NCBI RefSeq assembly: GCF_032444005.1
Contig: NC_091282.1
Coordinates: 644,428,001-644,492,000, forward strand
Origin: Ranitomeya imitator
Taxonomy: Eukaryota
Direction: 5' to 3'
DNA: 64,000 nucleotides
This document shows, piece by piece, positions 24,150 to 37,122 of this stretch (positions within the stretch are counted from its first letter, which is position 1; each line of letters starts with the position of its first letter). The notes under the pieces are model-generated. The model was not told where the DNA came from. It did no database searches and was given only the letters and a program-made list of their open reading frames with translations. The position numbers were made by a program, and so were the translations under genes.

Positions 24150-25550
24150 AAGGCGGCTTTATTTATGCATGGCGGTATTATATCGGTGCTAGTTTGCATT
24201 TTCTGGCCTTTTCTTTGGTGCTTCACACATGTGGCACTATATGGTGTGATTATTGGAGCTCGGTATAGCACTATTTAGGGACTATATGGCGGTATAATAA
24301 AGTATAGCATGCACTATTGTTTGGGAAAAGTGAGGCGATATTTAGGTATTAGGGGCATCCACTTTGACCATGGCATGGCACCATATGGTGACATTATTTC
24401 AGCACTATATGGCAGTATTATTTCACTACGCTCTGGTCACAATTATTTTAGCATGGCACAGCACAATTATTTGGTTATTACATGCTGTTGCGGGCCCTGT
24501 ATTGTCCTAGTGTTTAGATATGTTATGGCGGTATTATATAAGCACTATATGACACTTATTTTACTGTTGTATGTTGCTGCAGCTCTTTTGTTGTTATTTT
24601 TATATGCCACTCTTAATTGGTCACTTTATGACAGTATAATTTTTACTGGCACTGTATGGCACTATTATTTGACCAATATTTTTTGCTGTGGGCCCCGTGT
24701 ATATTTCTGCACTATATAGTGGTAATATTTTGGCACTATTATTTGATCGTTGTACGTTAGGATTATTTTTGCACTGTACGGTGTTAATAGACGCTGTAAA
24801 ATGCTGTTATTTTGCTGTATGACAACATTATTTCTGCACTATTGTGCACTTTGATATTAGCATTACATGTTGCTGCGGGCCGTGTATGGAACTGTTATGT
24901 GACCGCAGTATGTTGCTGCAGCTCCTGTATATCGGTACTATTTCACTGTAAGGTGATATTTACATGTTACTGTATGACGGTATAATTAACGCGTTATATG
25001 GCACTATTATTTGACCATTTTCTGTTGCTTCAGGCCTGTATACTAGTGTCATTTGTATACTGTATTTTGTTAATACTTGGATACTGTATGGTACTCTTAT
25101 TTGGTTACTATATAATAGCAGTATGATTTAAGCTCTCTATGGCACTATTATTTGACCATTTTATTTTGCCGCACACCATGTATTTTTGGATTATTTATGC
25201 TCTTTATGTTGGTATTATTTAGATTTTTTATGGTGGCAATACTTAGCACTGTATGGCACTACTTTTTGATCAGTATATATATTGTACTGTATATATGGTT
25301 TTAGGCACTGTATGGTGGTAATATTTAGATATATTTTGGTGGTTATATTTAGGCCCAGTCCGTGCTGATATTTAGTAATTCTACGCTGCTACAGGCGCTG
25401 TATGTTGACCTTCTTTATGCACTGTAAGGTGTTAATATTTGGATACCGTATGGCAGTATTACTTCAGCACTGTGTGGCGCATTTGTTTCATGTTATATGT
25501 TGTTGAGGTATTTTTTTCCACTCTGTATGGTGGTATTATTAATGCATATT
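24150..25550. repeat. Degenerate AT-rich tandem-like repeat in RAB25 intron 1
   Basis: Recurrent TATGGCACTATTATTTGACC / GCACTGTATGG motifs with heavy divergence. Confidence 0.55.
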
Positions 25551-25614
25551 TTTGATGACCGTGCCTTCGTCTCTACTCGCATCCAAAGCTAAATCCATAA
25601 TTGTACCAGTTTCC

Positions 25615-25772
25615 TATCCCCCCCAGAGGAGTACGTTGGGGGCCCCACGATATCCTATCCCCCCGGAGGAGGACGTTGGGGGCCTCATGATATCCTATCC
25701 CCCCCAGAGGAGTACGTTGGGGGCCCCACGATATCCTATCCCCCCGGAGGAGGACGTTGGGGGCCTCATGAT
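25615..25772. repeat. Short direct tandem duplication (~81 bp x2)
   Basis: CCTATCCCCCCCAGAGGAGTACGTTGGGGGCCCCACGATATCCTATCCCCCCGGAGGAGGACGTTGGGGGCCTCATGATA occurs twice. Confidence 0.85.
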
Positions 25773-27055
25773 ACCTCAACAGTCCTGCTGGGACTCTCGA
25801 GACCTATGCACCATGTGTACCCATGCCGTTCCTTCCTCTGGTCAGAGGCCTAACCTTTCCTCCCAGCACCATGGTTATCACACGGAGTATTTGCCTACAA
25901 ACATGACCTGACCCATAAAACATGTCCTGATGATAAAACTCCAGATAAAAGTTTCTGCCGTCTAACGACCTCGTCCTGGAGAATAAAAGGTTGCGTAAAG
26001 GTGTGTAGCGCTGACTTGTACTGCTCATCCTGATCCTCCTGGTTCTTGAATGTAATGCTAGAATGTTGGTGAAGACTGACACACGTCTACAGATCCAGAT
26101 TAAAAACTAGTTAATTTTCATTTATTATGCTGAGACTTGTAGTGCAATATCACAATCTTGTCCTTGTGATCAGCGACTAATAATAGCTAGAAATATCCCG
26201 CCATATATCAGAGTAATTGTCTCCATGAGGAGAAGGTGTCACGAGGAATCGTCTGCACGTGATCCATACAAGGTGATGAAAAAGCACCGCAGATAACCAT
26301 ACCACTGAGAAAAAATGCAGCTGTATCTAATCCTGTCGTATGGTACGACCTGCTGTATCTAAACAAATTTACCTGAAAGAAAAAGTTGTTGTTGCCTGAT
26401 AGCAATCAATCACAGCACAGCTTTCATTTTTAAAGAGCAGAATTTCATATGAAAGCTGCGCTCTGATTGGTTGCTATAGGCATCAACAGTTTTGCTCAAT
26501 GGCAGCTTCATAATTATCCCTCCATGTGTGCGATTCTGCCTGATAGGCTTAGATACACGTGATAGGCTTAGATACACAGCTCACCAGCCTGGCACACATA
26601 ATGGGCTTAGATACACCGCTTATCAGACTCTCGCACACTATAAGCTTAGATACATTGTTATGAAAACTTTCATACATGATATTGTGCTGCTACACTACTG
26701 TATCTAAGCCTATCATTTGAGTTTGAACCAGTGTGTCTAAGCCTGTGATGTGACCCCAAACATGTAAAGTGGTATATACTGTGAATGTATACGTCTGACA
26801 GCCACCATCACACTGTGTGTACGAATCCCAGGCCTTTAATGTGTGATACCGTATATGACGACTCCATGATTGGCCGCATCTGGGCGTTACGGCTTGTGAA
26901 GCATGAGGCCGCCACTTTCATGACACATGGGAAATAGTCGGGTGTGTGATACAACAAGTCCCAACATAACTGATGAGTGGGAGAGGGCGAGACACCCTCA
27001 CATCATCCACACCACACAGGACACCACTGACAGGATTCCCACACACTACTCAGCC

Positions 27056-29896
27056 GTGCATCTAATCTTCTACTGTGTGATACTGTCTGCTGAGCTGTGT
27101 ATCTAATCTTATCCTGTGATACTGTCTGCTGAGCCGTGTATCTAATCCTATCCTGTGTGATACTGTCTGCTGAGCTGTGTATCTAATCCTATCCTGTGTG
27201 ATACTGTCTGCTGAGCCATGTATCTAATCCTATCCTGTGTGATACTGTCTGCTGAGCCGTGTATCTAATCCTATCCTGTGTGATACTGTCTGCTGAGCCA
27301 TGTATCTAATCCTATCCTGTGTGATACTGTCTGCTGAGCCGTGTATCTAATCCTATCCTGTGTGATACTGTCTGCTGAGCTGTGTATCTAATCCTATCCT
27401 GTGTGATACTGTCTGCTGAGCTGTGTATCTAATCTTATCCTGTGATACTGTCTGCTGAGCCGTGTATCTAATCCTATCCTGTGTGATACTGTCTGCTGAG
27501 CCGTGTATCTAATCCTATCCTGTGTGATACTGTCTGCTGAGCCATGTATCTAATCCTATCCTGTGTGATACTGTCTGCTGAGCCGTGTATCTAATCCTAT
27601 CCTGTGTGATACTGTCTGCTGAGCCGTGTATCTAATCCTATCCTGTGTGATACTGACTGCTGAGCCCTGTATCTAATCCTATCCTGTGTGATACTGACTG
27701 CTGAGCCCTGTATCTAATCCTATCCTGTGTGATACTGACTGCTGAGCCGTGTATCTAATCCTATCCTGTGTGATACTGTCTGCTGAGCCGTGTATCTAAT
27801 CCTATCCTGTGTGATACTGTCTGCTGAGCCGTGTGTCTAATCCTATCCTGTGTGATACTGTCTGCTGAGCCGTGTATCTAATCCTATCCAGTGTGATATT
27901 GTCTGCTGAGCCGTGTATCTAATCCTATCCTGTGTGATACTGCCTGCTGAGCCGTGTATCTAATCCTATCCTGTGTGATACTGCCTGCTGAGCCGTGTAT
28001 CTAATCCTATCCTGTGTGATACTGCCTGCTGAGCCGTGTATCTAATCCTATCCTGTGATACTGTCTGCTGAGCCGTGTATCTAATCCTATCCTGTGTGAT
28101 ACTGTCTGCTGAGCCGTGTATCTAATCCTATCCTGTGTGATACTGTCTGCTGAGCCGTGTATCTAATCCTATCCAGTGTGATATTGTCTGCTGAGCCGTG
28201 TATCTAATCCTATCCTGTGTGATACTGCCTGCTGAGCCGTGTATCTAATCCTATCCTGTGTGATACTGCCTGCTGAGCCGTGTATCTAATCCTATCCTGT
28301 GTGATACTGCCTGCTGAGCCGTGTATCTAATCCTATCCTGTGATACTGTCTGCTGAGCCGTGTATCTAATCCTATCCTGTGTGATACTGTCTGCTGAGCC
28401 GTGTATCTAATCCTATTCTGTGTGATACTGTCTGCTGAGCCGTGTATCTAATCCTATCCAGTGTGATATTGTCTGCTGAGCCGTGTATCTAATCCTATCC
28501 TGTGTGATACTGCCTGCTGAGCCGTGTATCTAATCCAATCCTGTGTGATACTGCCTGCTGAGCCGTGTATCTAATCCTATCTTGTGTGATACTGCCTGCT
28601 GAGCCGTGTTTCTAATCCTATCCTGTGTGATACTGTCTGCTGAGCTGTGTATCTAATCCTATCCTGTGTGATACTGCCTGCTGAGCCGTGTATCTAATCC
28701 TATCCTGTGTGATACTGCCTGCTGAGCCGTGTATCTAATCCTATCCTGTGTGATACTGCCTGCTGAGCCGTGTATCTAATCCTATCCTGTGTGATACTGT
28801 CTGCTGAGCCGTGTATCTAATCCTATCCTGTGTGATACTGTCTGCTGAGCCGTGTATCTAATCCTATCCTGTGTGATACTGTCTGCTGAGCCGTGTATCT
28901 AATCCTATCCTGTGTGATACTGTCTGCTGAGCCGTGTATCTAGTCCTATCCTGTGTGATACTGTCTGCTGAGCCGTGTATCTAATCCTATCCTGTGTGAT
29001 ACTGTCTGCTGAGCCGTGTATCTAATCCTATCCTGTGTGATACTGTCTGCTGAGCCGTGTATCTAATCCTATCCTGTGTGATACTGTCTGCTGAGCCGTG
29101 TATCTAATCCTATCCTGTGTGATACTGTCTGCTGAGCCGTGTATCTAATCCTATCCTGTGTGATACTGTCTGCTGAGCCATGTATCTAATCCTATCCTGT
29201 GTGATACTGTCTGCTGAGCCGTGTATCTAATCCTATCCTGTGTGATACTGTCTGCTGAGCCGTGTATATAATCCTATCCTGTGTGATACTATCTGCTGAG
29301 CCATGTATCTAATCCTATCCTGTGTGATACTGTCTGCTGAGCTGTGTATATAATCCTATCCTGTGTGATACTGTCTGCTGAGCCGTGTATCTAATCCTAT
29401 CCTGTGTGATACTGTCTGCGGAGCCGTGTATCTAATCCTATCCTGTGTGATACTGGTCTGAGCCGTGTATCAAATCCTATCCTGTGTGATACTCTCTACT
29501 GAGCCGTGTATCTAATCCTATCCTGTGTGATACTGTCTGCTGAGCTGTGTATCTAATCCTATCCTGTGTGATACTGTCTGCTGAGCCGTGTATCAAATCC
29601 TATTCTGTGTGATACTGTCTACTGAGCCGTGTATCTAATCCTATCCTGTGTGATACTGTCTGCTGAGCTGTGTATCTAATCCTATCCTGTGTGATACTGT
29701 CTGCTGAGCTGTGTATCTAATCCTATCCTGTGTGATACTGTCTGCTGAGCCGTGTATCTAATCCTATCCTGTGTAATACTGTCTGCTCAGCTGTGTATCT
29801 AATCCTATCCTGTGTGATACTGTCTGCTGAGCCGTGTATCTAATCCTATCCAGTGTGATACCGTCTGCTCAGCTGTGTATCTAATCCTCTCCTGTG
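27056..29896. repeat. 41-bp minisatellite (ATCTAATCCTATCCTGTGTGATACTGTCTGCTGAGCCGTGT), ~69 copies, ending at the RAB25 exon 2 acceptor region
   Basis: Period 41 (27181 to 27222); very homogeneous. Confidence 0.97.
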
Positions 29897-29938
29897 TGTC
29901 GCCCCCTGCTGGCCTGACCCATCACTTTTTCTCCGCAG

Positions 29939-30134
29939 TGGTCCTGATTGGAGAGTCCGGGGTGGGTAAGACCAATCTCCTGTCCAGATTCACCAGGAAT
30001 GAGTTTAACCACGACAGCCGCACCACGATCGGCGTGGAGTTCTCCACCCGGACGCTGACGCTGGACGGTCATCTGGTGAAGGCTCAGATCTGGGACACAG
30101 CAGGACTGGAGCGTTATAGAGCCATTACATCTGC
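29939..30134 (+). CDS. RAB25: RAB25 coding exon 2
   Basis: CCGCAG|TG; [38 protein letters not shown]...[22 protein letters not shown] (Leu rather than Gln) marks RAB25 within the Rab11 family; 196 bp. Confidence 0.97.
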
Positions 30135-30275
30135 GTAAGTTACATAGCCCCTCCCCTCTCTGAGCAAGGAACGCCCCCAATGATGTAAACGCCCATTTTC
30201 ATGTAAATTTAAAGGGTTTGTTCCACAATCTACTTCTCACCTACCCACTGGTGGGCTCATTTCCTCCTCTTCCAG

Positions 30276-30472
30276 TTATTACCGGGGGGCTGTTGGGGCT
30301 CTCCTGGTGTATGACATCACCAAGCATCAGTCGTACGAAAGTGTGGACCGGTGGCTCAAGGAACTGTATGACCACGCGGACGCCAGTATCCTTGTGATGC
30401 TGGTCGGAAACAAGTGTGACCTGGCAAATGAGTCCCGGGAGGTGCCGGTAGAGGAAGCCAAGATGTATGCAG
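30276..30472 (+). CDS. RAB25: RAB25 coding exon 3
   Basis: TTCCAG|T; [65 protein letters not shown]; donor G|GTAATG; 197 bp. Confidence 0.97.
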
Positions 30473-30689
30473 GTAATGTGAACCAATGGGGGGGCTTTTG
30501 TGTATGGGTACGGGTGGTCAGGAGAATTACTGTGGGGCGTCTATTTCCAAACTACAAAAACTCTCCTCACTGTCCTGTACCTGCATGGAGGAGCAGGGAC
30601 CCCAGTACTTCACAAGCTGTCATTACTATGATTACTCAACCCCTAGGACTGCTACACAGACTGTGTGCCAGATATAGGGTGACTCATAT

Positions 30690-33610
30690 ATAGTATGATG
30701 TCCCTCACAGCCCCCTATGTACAATAAGATGTCTCTCACAGCCCCCTATGTACAGTAGAATGTCCCTCACAGCCCCCTATGTACAGTAGGATGTCCCTCA
30801 CAGCCCCCTATGTACAGTAGAATGTCCCTCACAGCCCCCTATGTACAGTAGGATGCCCCCCTATGTACAGTAGGATGTCCTCACAGCCCCCTATGTACAG
30901 TAGGATGTCCTCACAGCCCCCTATGTACAGTAGGATGTCTCTCACAGCCCCCCTATGTACAGTAGGATGTCTCTCACAGCCCCCTATGTACAGTAGGATG
31001 TCTCTCACAGCCCCCTATGTACAGTAGGATGTCCCTCACAGCCCCCCCTATGTACAGTAGGATGTCTTTCACAGCCCCCTATGTACAGTAGGATGTCTCT
31101 CACAGCCCCCTATGTACAATAAGATGTCTCTCACAGCCCCCTATGTACAGTAGGATGTCTCTCACAGCCCCCTATGTACAATAAGATGTCTCTCACAGCC
31201 CCCTATGTACAGTAGGATGTCTCTCACAGCTCCCTATGTACAGTAGGATCTCTCACAGCCCCCTATGTACAGTAGGATGTCTCTCATAGCCACCTATGTA
31301 CAGTAGGATGTCTCTCACAGCCCCCTATGTGCAGTAGGATGTCTCTCACAGCCCCTATGTACAGTAGGATGTCTCTCACAGCCCCCTATGTACAGTAGGA
31401 TGTCTCTCACAGCCCCCTATGTACAGTAGGATGTCTCTCATAGCCCCCTATGTACAGTAGGATGTCTCTCACAGCCCCCTATGTACAGTAGGATGTCCCT
31501 CACAGCCCCCCCTATGTACAGCAGGATGTCTTTCACAGCCCCCTATGTATAGTAGGATGTCTCTCACAGCCCCCTATGTACAATAAGATGTCTCTCACAG
31601 CCCCCTATGTACAGTAGGATGTCTCTCACAGCCCCCTATGTACAATAAGATGTCTCTCACAGCCCCCTATGTACAGTAGGATGTCTCTCACAGCCCCCTA
31701 TATACAGTAGTATGTCCCTCACAGCCCCTATGTACAGTAGGATGTCTCTCACAGCCCCCCTATGTACAGTAGGATGCCCCTCACAGCCCCGCTATGTACA
31801 ATAGGATGCCCCCTCACAGCTCCCCTATGTAGAGTAGGATGCCCCTCACAGCCCCCCTATGTACAGTAGGATGCCCCCTATGTACAGTAGGATGCCCCTC
31901 ACAGCCCCCCTATGTACAGTAGGATGCCCCTCACAGCCCCCCTATGTACAGTAGGATGCCCCCTATGTACTTCACAAGCTGTCATTACTATGATTACTCA
32001 ACCCCTACGACTGCTACACAGACTGTGTGCCAGATATAGGGTGACTCATATATAGTATGATGTCCCTCACAGCCCCCTATGTACAATAAGATGTCTCTCA
32101 CAGCCCCCTATGTACAGTAGAATGTCCCTCACAGCCCCCTATGTACAATAAGATGTCTCTCACAGCCCCCTATGTACAGTAGAATGTCCCTCACAGCCCC
32201 CTATGTACAGTAGGATGTCCCTCACAGCTCCCTATGTACAGTAGAATGTCCCTCACAGCCCCCTATGTACAGTAGGATGCCCCCCTATGTACAGTAGGAT
32301 GTCCTCACAGCCCTCTATGTACAGTAGGATGTCTCTCACAGCCCCCCTATGTACAGTAGGATGTCTCTCACAGCCCCCCTATGTACAGTAGGATGTCTCT
32401 CACAGCCCCCTATGTACAGTAGGATGTCTCTCACAGCCCCCTATGTACAGTAGGATGTCCCTCACAGCCCCCCCATGTACAGTAGGATGTCTTTCACAGC
32501 CCCCTATGTACAGTAGGATGTCTCTCACAGCCCCCTATGTACAATAAGATGTCTCTCACAGTCCCCTATGTACAGTAGGATGTCTCTCACAGCTCCCTAT
32601 GTACAGTAGGATCTCTCACAGCCCCCTATGTACAGTAGGATGTCTCTCATAGCCACCTATGTACAGTAGGATGTCTCTCACAGCCCCCTATGTGCAGTAG
32701 GATGTCTCTCACAGCCCCTATGTACAGTAGGATGTCTCTCACAGCCCCCTATGTACAGTAGGATGTCTCTCACAGCCCCCTATGTACAGTAGGATGTCTC
32801 TCATAGCCCCCTATGTACAGTAGGATGTCTCTCACAGCCCCCTATGTACAGTAGGATGTCCCTCACAGCCCCCCCTATGTACAGTAGGATGTCTTTCACA
32901 GCCCCCTATGTATAGTAGGATGTCTCTCACAGCCCCCTATGTACAATAAGATGTCTCTCACAGCCCCCTATGTACAGTAGGATGTCTCTCACAGCCCCCT
33001 ATGTACAATAAGATGTCTCTCACAGCCCCCTATGTACAGTAGGATGTCTCTCACAGCCCCCCTATATACAGTAGGATGTCCCTCACAGCCCCTATGTACA
33101 GTAGGATTTCTCTCACAGCCCCCCTATGTACAGTAGGATGCCCCTCACAGCCCCGCTATGTACAATAGGATGCCCCTCACAGCTCCCCTATGTAGAGTAG
33201 GATGCCCCTCACAGCCCTCCTATGTACAGTAGGATGCCCCTCACAGCCCCCCTATGTACAGTAGGATGCCCCTCACAGCCCCCCTATGTACAGTAGGATG
33301 CCCCCTATGTATAGTAGGATGCATCTCACAGCCCCCCTATGTACAGTAGGATGCCCCTCACAGCCCCCCTATGTACAGTAGGATGCCCCTCACAGCCCCC
33401 CTATGTACAGTAGGATGCCTCTCACAGCCCCCCTATGTACAGTAGGATGCCCCCTATGTATAGTAGGATGCATCTCACAGCCCCCTATGTACAGTAGGAT
33501 GCCCCTCACAGCCCCCTATGTACAGTAGGATTCCCCTCACAGCCCCCCTATGTACAATAGGAAGCCCCTCACAGCCCCCCTATGTACAGTAGGATGTCCC
33601 TCACAGCCCC
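30690..33610. repeat. 30-33 bp minisatellite (CAGTAGGATGTCTCTCACAGCCCCCTATGTA) in RAB25 intron 3, containing a ~1.36-kb tandem segmental duplication
   Basis: Units directly visible; the unique flank TACTTCACAAGCTGTCATTACTATG... occurs at 30606 and again at 31968. Confidence 0.95.
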
Positions 33611-34096
33611 CTATTTACCATATAGTGTTCCCTTATATATAGTATGATGGCCCCACAACCCTATACCCGGCAGCGCATCTCCATCTCCTCTTCTAACGTC
33701 TACAATGAGCCTGCAGAGGCAGTGCGATGCAATGACCTCATTGCGCTTCCTACATGGGTACGCTAGGGTCCCGAAAGCTGCAGGCCTAACAGCGGTTTGC
33801 GATTTACAAGACGGACAGTGATAGAGCCTGGAGCCAGAACTCCCCGCTATATCAGATTGAACTGCCGACTTCCTTCACCTGGGTGGTGCTTCCTACTCCT
33901 GGGTGGTGCTTCCTTCTCCAGGATGGAGTCTGGATAGAATATTTGCATAAAGTCTAATATACATATAATTAAAGGGTTATCCAGTAAAAAAACAATGCTC
34001 AAATGACAAACGATGGTGTCCTATGGCCTCTGCTGATCCCACCACCAGGTTTCCGTCAATGTCCCTCACCCCATCTCTGGTTCTTGTTCCCTATAG

Positions 34097-34177
34097 GCAG
34101 TAATGGCTTGTCATTTATGGAAACGTCAGCGCTTGACTCTACCAACGTTGAACCAGCCTTCGAAACCATCCTTAGGG
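34097..34177 (+). CDS. RAB25: RAB25 coding exon 4
   Basis: CTATAG|GC; SNGLSFMETSALDSTNVEPAFETILR (G5 ETSA motif); donor G|GTAAGT; 81 bp. Confidence 0.96.
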
Positions 34178-34259
34178 GTAAGTGTCCCATCCTCCTATTT
34201 TACAGGGTCTGAGGACAGTCTAGATATAACTGTACACATTTGACCGTCTTGTCTTCTAG

Positions 34260-34390
34260 AGATCTACAAGAGGGTCCTGAAGAGCAAAGGAGAAGCGCCC
34301 AAAGAAAACATTGTGGTCTTATCTAACGACACTTCCACCACCCAGGGTCAAGATGCCGAAACCAAGAAGGCTTGTTGCAGAAACATCTAG
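34260..34390 (+). CDS. RAB25: RAB25 coding exon 5 (stop; C-terminal CCxxx prenylation motif)
   Basis: TTCTAG|AG; EIYKRVLKSKGEAPKENIVVLSNDTSTTQGQDAETKKACCRNI*. Total CDS 645 bp = 214 aa. Confidence 0.94.
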
Positions 34391-34677
34391 GCATGACCAG
34401 TCCATCCCAAATCGTAGGAGAAGCTCCAGAGCCTTCCGGGTCACCTGGAAGGAAGACTGAAGAAGGAGAACTTGCGGAGGTGACTGATCCAGAAACATGG
34501 AGGACTGGCCTGATGGACCTTTGTCCAGACTCAGTCCTCACCACCTAAGAGCTGCAAGAACTTTGTAAAGTTTGATCTTTGGTCACAAGTTTGGTTTTGA
34601 TCTCTTCCAAGATGTTCCAGAATTTTATTCTTGAAGCTTCCAAATTCACTCTCCTCCAGAAGGAAGAAAACTGTCTG

Positions 34678-34758
34678 TAGCGCCACCTAGAGGAAAAAAA
34701 TATCTGGTGCCACCTATAGGAAAAAAAACTGTCTCTGGTACAACCCACAGGTGGCGCT
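34678..34758. promoter_or_regulatory. Cluster of three CTCF-like motifs
   Basis: TAGCGCCACCTAGAGG (34678, minus), GGTGCCACCTATAGG (34706, minus), CCCACAGGTGGCGCT (34744, plus). Confidence 0.5.
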
Positions 34759-35345
34759 GGAGAAAAGGTTTCCCCTATCTGGAGGTGAGCTGATTTTTCC
34801 CAGGAGCGTTGCTTGGAAGACCCCAGCCCCAGATTGATCTCCTCTAGGAGAATCGCCCCCCCCTAGAGCTGCAAAAGCAATTTATGGTGGATATTAGCAA
34901 AGTTTGGAGATCCGGGCCCCATTGTGTAACATGTACCATTCCAATCTCCCTGTGGCCACGAGTTTAATCTGGTTTTATCAATAAGCAGTTTGGAAAATAT
35001 ATGAAAAATGATTTATAAGTGAAAATCGGCTATTCACTGCTTACTATTTGTAAATGCATCTTTTTTTTCCTTAATATTCGTATTGGAGTGATTAATTATA
35101 TAGAAAAAGAAAACCTATAAATGTTGTCTAGAAAGTGCTTGTACCAGTGACTAACGGGGAGGTTTTCAGGAAATTTTTACCAAAAATGTTATTTAAATGC
35201 AATTCACTGTATGTCCAGTAGATGTCACTGTATCATTTAGTTTAGAAGCAGAGCTCTAGCCAGGATTTCTATAGTAAACAGTGACATCTACTGATGAAAT
35301 GTGGATATTGCAGATTTACCAGTAATATTTTGTAAATATTTCTAA
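34695..35345. repeat. Local low-copy duplicated block, copy 1 (paralogous to ~42995-43715 and ~43940-44470)
   Basis: Shared anchors ATCTGGTGCCACC, TTGATCTC, CAATAAGCA...GGAAAAT and TGTCCAGTAGATGTCACTGT in the same order. Confidence 0.75.
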
Positions 35346-35369
35346 AATGGAGTCACAACCACTCCAGAA

Positions 35370-36030
35370 AGGTGTCAGGGTGCACAAAGCACCGCCAGAA
35401 AGGTGTCAGGGCATGCAAAGCACTGCCAGAAAGGTGTTGGGGAATGTGGAGCATCGGGGTTGTGCCAGAAAGATGTCAAGGCATGCAGGGCGTCTCCAGA
35501 AAGGTGTCAGAGATTGGGGAGCGTCGGGGATGTGCCAGAAAAGGGTCAGGGCACGCAGAGCAGACCAGAAAGGTGACAAAGCACGCAGAACGTTATCAGA
35601 AAGGTGTAAGGGCAGGCAGAGCATAGCCATAAAGGTGTCAGGGCATACAGGGAGACTCCATTAAGGTGCCAGGGCACACAGGGCAGCGCCATAAAGGTAT
35701 CAGGGACTGCAGAGCATTTCCCTAAAGGTGTCAGGACACGCAGCGCATTGCCATAATGGTGTCAGGGCATGCAGAGCGTTGCCATAATGGTGTCAGGGCA
35801 TGCAGAGCGTTGCCATAATGGTGTCAGGGCATGCAGAGCGTTGCCATAATGGTGTCAGGGCATGCAGAGCGTTGCCATAATGGTGTCAGGGCATGCAGAG
35901 CGTTGCCATAATGGTGTCAGGGCATGCAGAGCGTTGCCATAATGGTGTCCGAGCATGCAGAGCGTTGCCCTAAAGGTGTCAGGGCACAGAGAGCATTGAC
36001 ATAAAAGGTTTCGGCATGGAGAGCATTTCC
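35370..36030. repeat. 31-bp minisatellite (GTCAGGGCATGCAGAGCGTTGCCATAATGGT)
   Basis: Period 31 (35761 to 35792); degenerate edges. Confidence 0.9.
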
Positions 36031-36259
36031 AGAAAGGTTATTACCTTATTAGACTAGGGTGCCCTGGGGTATGACTGCTCTGCACTCACATGGCTCAGGA
36101 AGATAAACCACAGGGCACTGTCTCCAAGCCTCAGCTCCACCCCCCGCAATCATTGCCTTATGAACTGGCTGTCAGCACGTTGAGAGGCGGCACTTCAGAA
36201 AGCGTGTAACCACAGGAGCGGCGGGGGTGTCTGGAGCCCACAGGAGGCACTGACTCTAA

Positions 36260-36420
36260 GGGCTCATACTCACCTGCGTGAAACTCGGATGAGTCTTGCA
36301 TGTTAATACCTGGCACTCCGATCGGAGCGTGCGGCCGCATAGCAATACATGCAGCCGCACGCTCCGCTCCTCTGTACCAGGTGCAGTGCCGGGTATTGCC
36401 ATGCAAGCCGCAATGATCGG
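36260..36420. mobile_element. Probable Harbinger-type MITE fragment
   Basis: Begins TAA|GGGCTCATACTCAC and has an internal hairpin; right end not found. Confidence 0.35.
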
Positions 36421-36672
36421 AAGAATGGGAAACCTTTATCCCTAACAGGACACTTTTTCCCCATTTTAAAATGCAGCAGCAGGTCGGATGTCTGACCGCA
36501 GCTCTAGTTATCCTCTTTTGAGCTGTTAGAAAAAGCCAAGTGCTGCACTTGGTGGCCACTAGGAAATTAATGGATCAGTAGTCAAGTCAGGTATGTCGCT
36601 CCATTCTAATGTTTGTAAAGGAGATCTACCCGGCAACAGGCTGCAGGGAGAGATATAGTTAAGTGTTAGGAC

Positions 36673-36983
36673 TAGTGATGAGTGAATATACTCGTTACTC
36701 GAGATTTCCCGAGCACGCTCGGGGGTCCTCCGAGTATTTTTTAGTGCTCGAAGATTTAGTTTTCCTCACCTCAGCTGAATGATTTACATCTCTTTGCCAG
36801 CTTGATTACATGTGGGGATTCCCTAGCAACCAGGCAACCCCCACATGTACTTATGCTGGCTAACAGATGTAAATCATTCAGCTGAGGCGATGAAAACTAA
36901 ATCTGTGAGCACTAAAAAATACTCAGAGGTCACACGAGCATGCTCGGGAAATCTCGAGTAACGAGTATATTCACTCATCATTA
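36673..36983. mobile_element. hAT-type palindromic MITE
   Basis: TIR TAGTGATGAGTGAATATA ... TATATTCACTCATCATTA; perfect 8-bp TSD GTTAGGAC (36665-36672, 36984-36991). Confidence 0.9.
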
Positions 36984-37122
36984 GTTAGGACTAGTACAGG
37001 GAGGAAGAGCTTAGTGCTAGGGACAGGACTATGCATCCTGGATAGAGTTAGTTTGAGTTCATTCGTTACTGTGACAAAGTCAAGTTCAAGGTGCAGTGGG
37101 CCTATAGCAAAAGTGAGCACAT

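Noticed and set aside
24309-24719. 136-aa hydrophobic ORF
   Set aside because: It lies in a degenerate AT-rich intronic repeat; the composition explains the hydrophobicity.
25552-26082. Possible CR1/LINE endonuclease remnant on the minus strand
   Set aside because: Only a faint resemblance (YHEAP, LLRGD); too weak to support without an HMM search.
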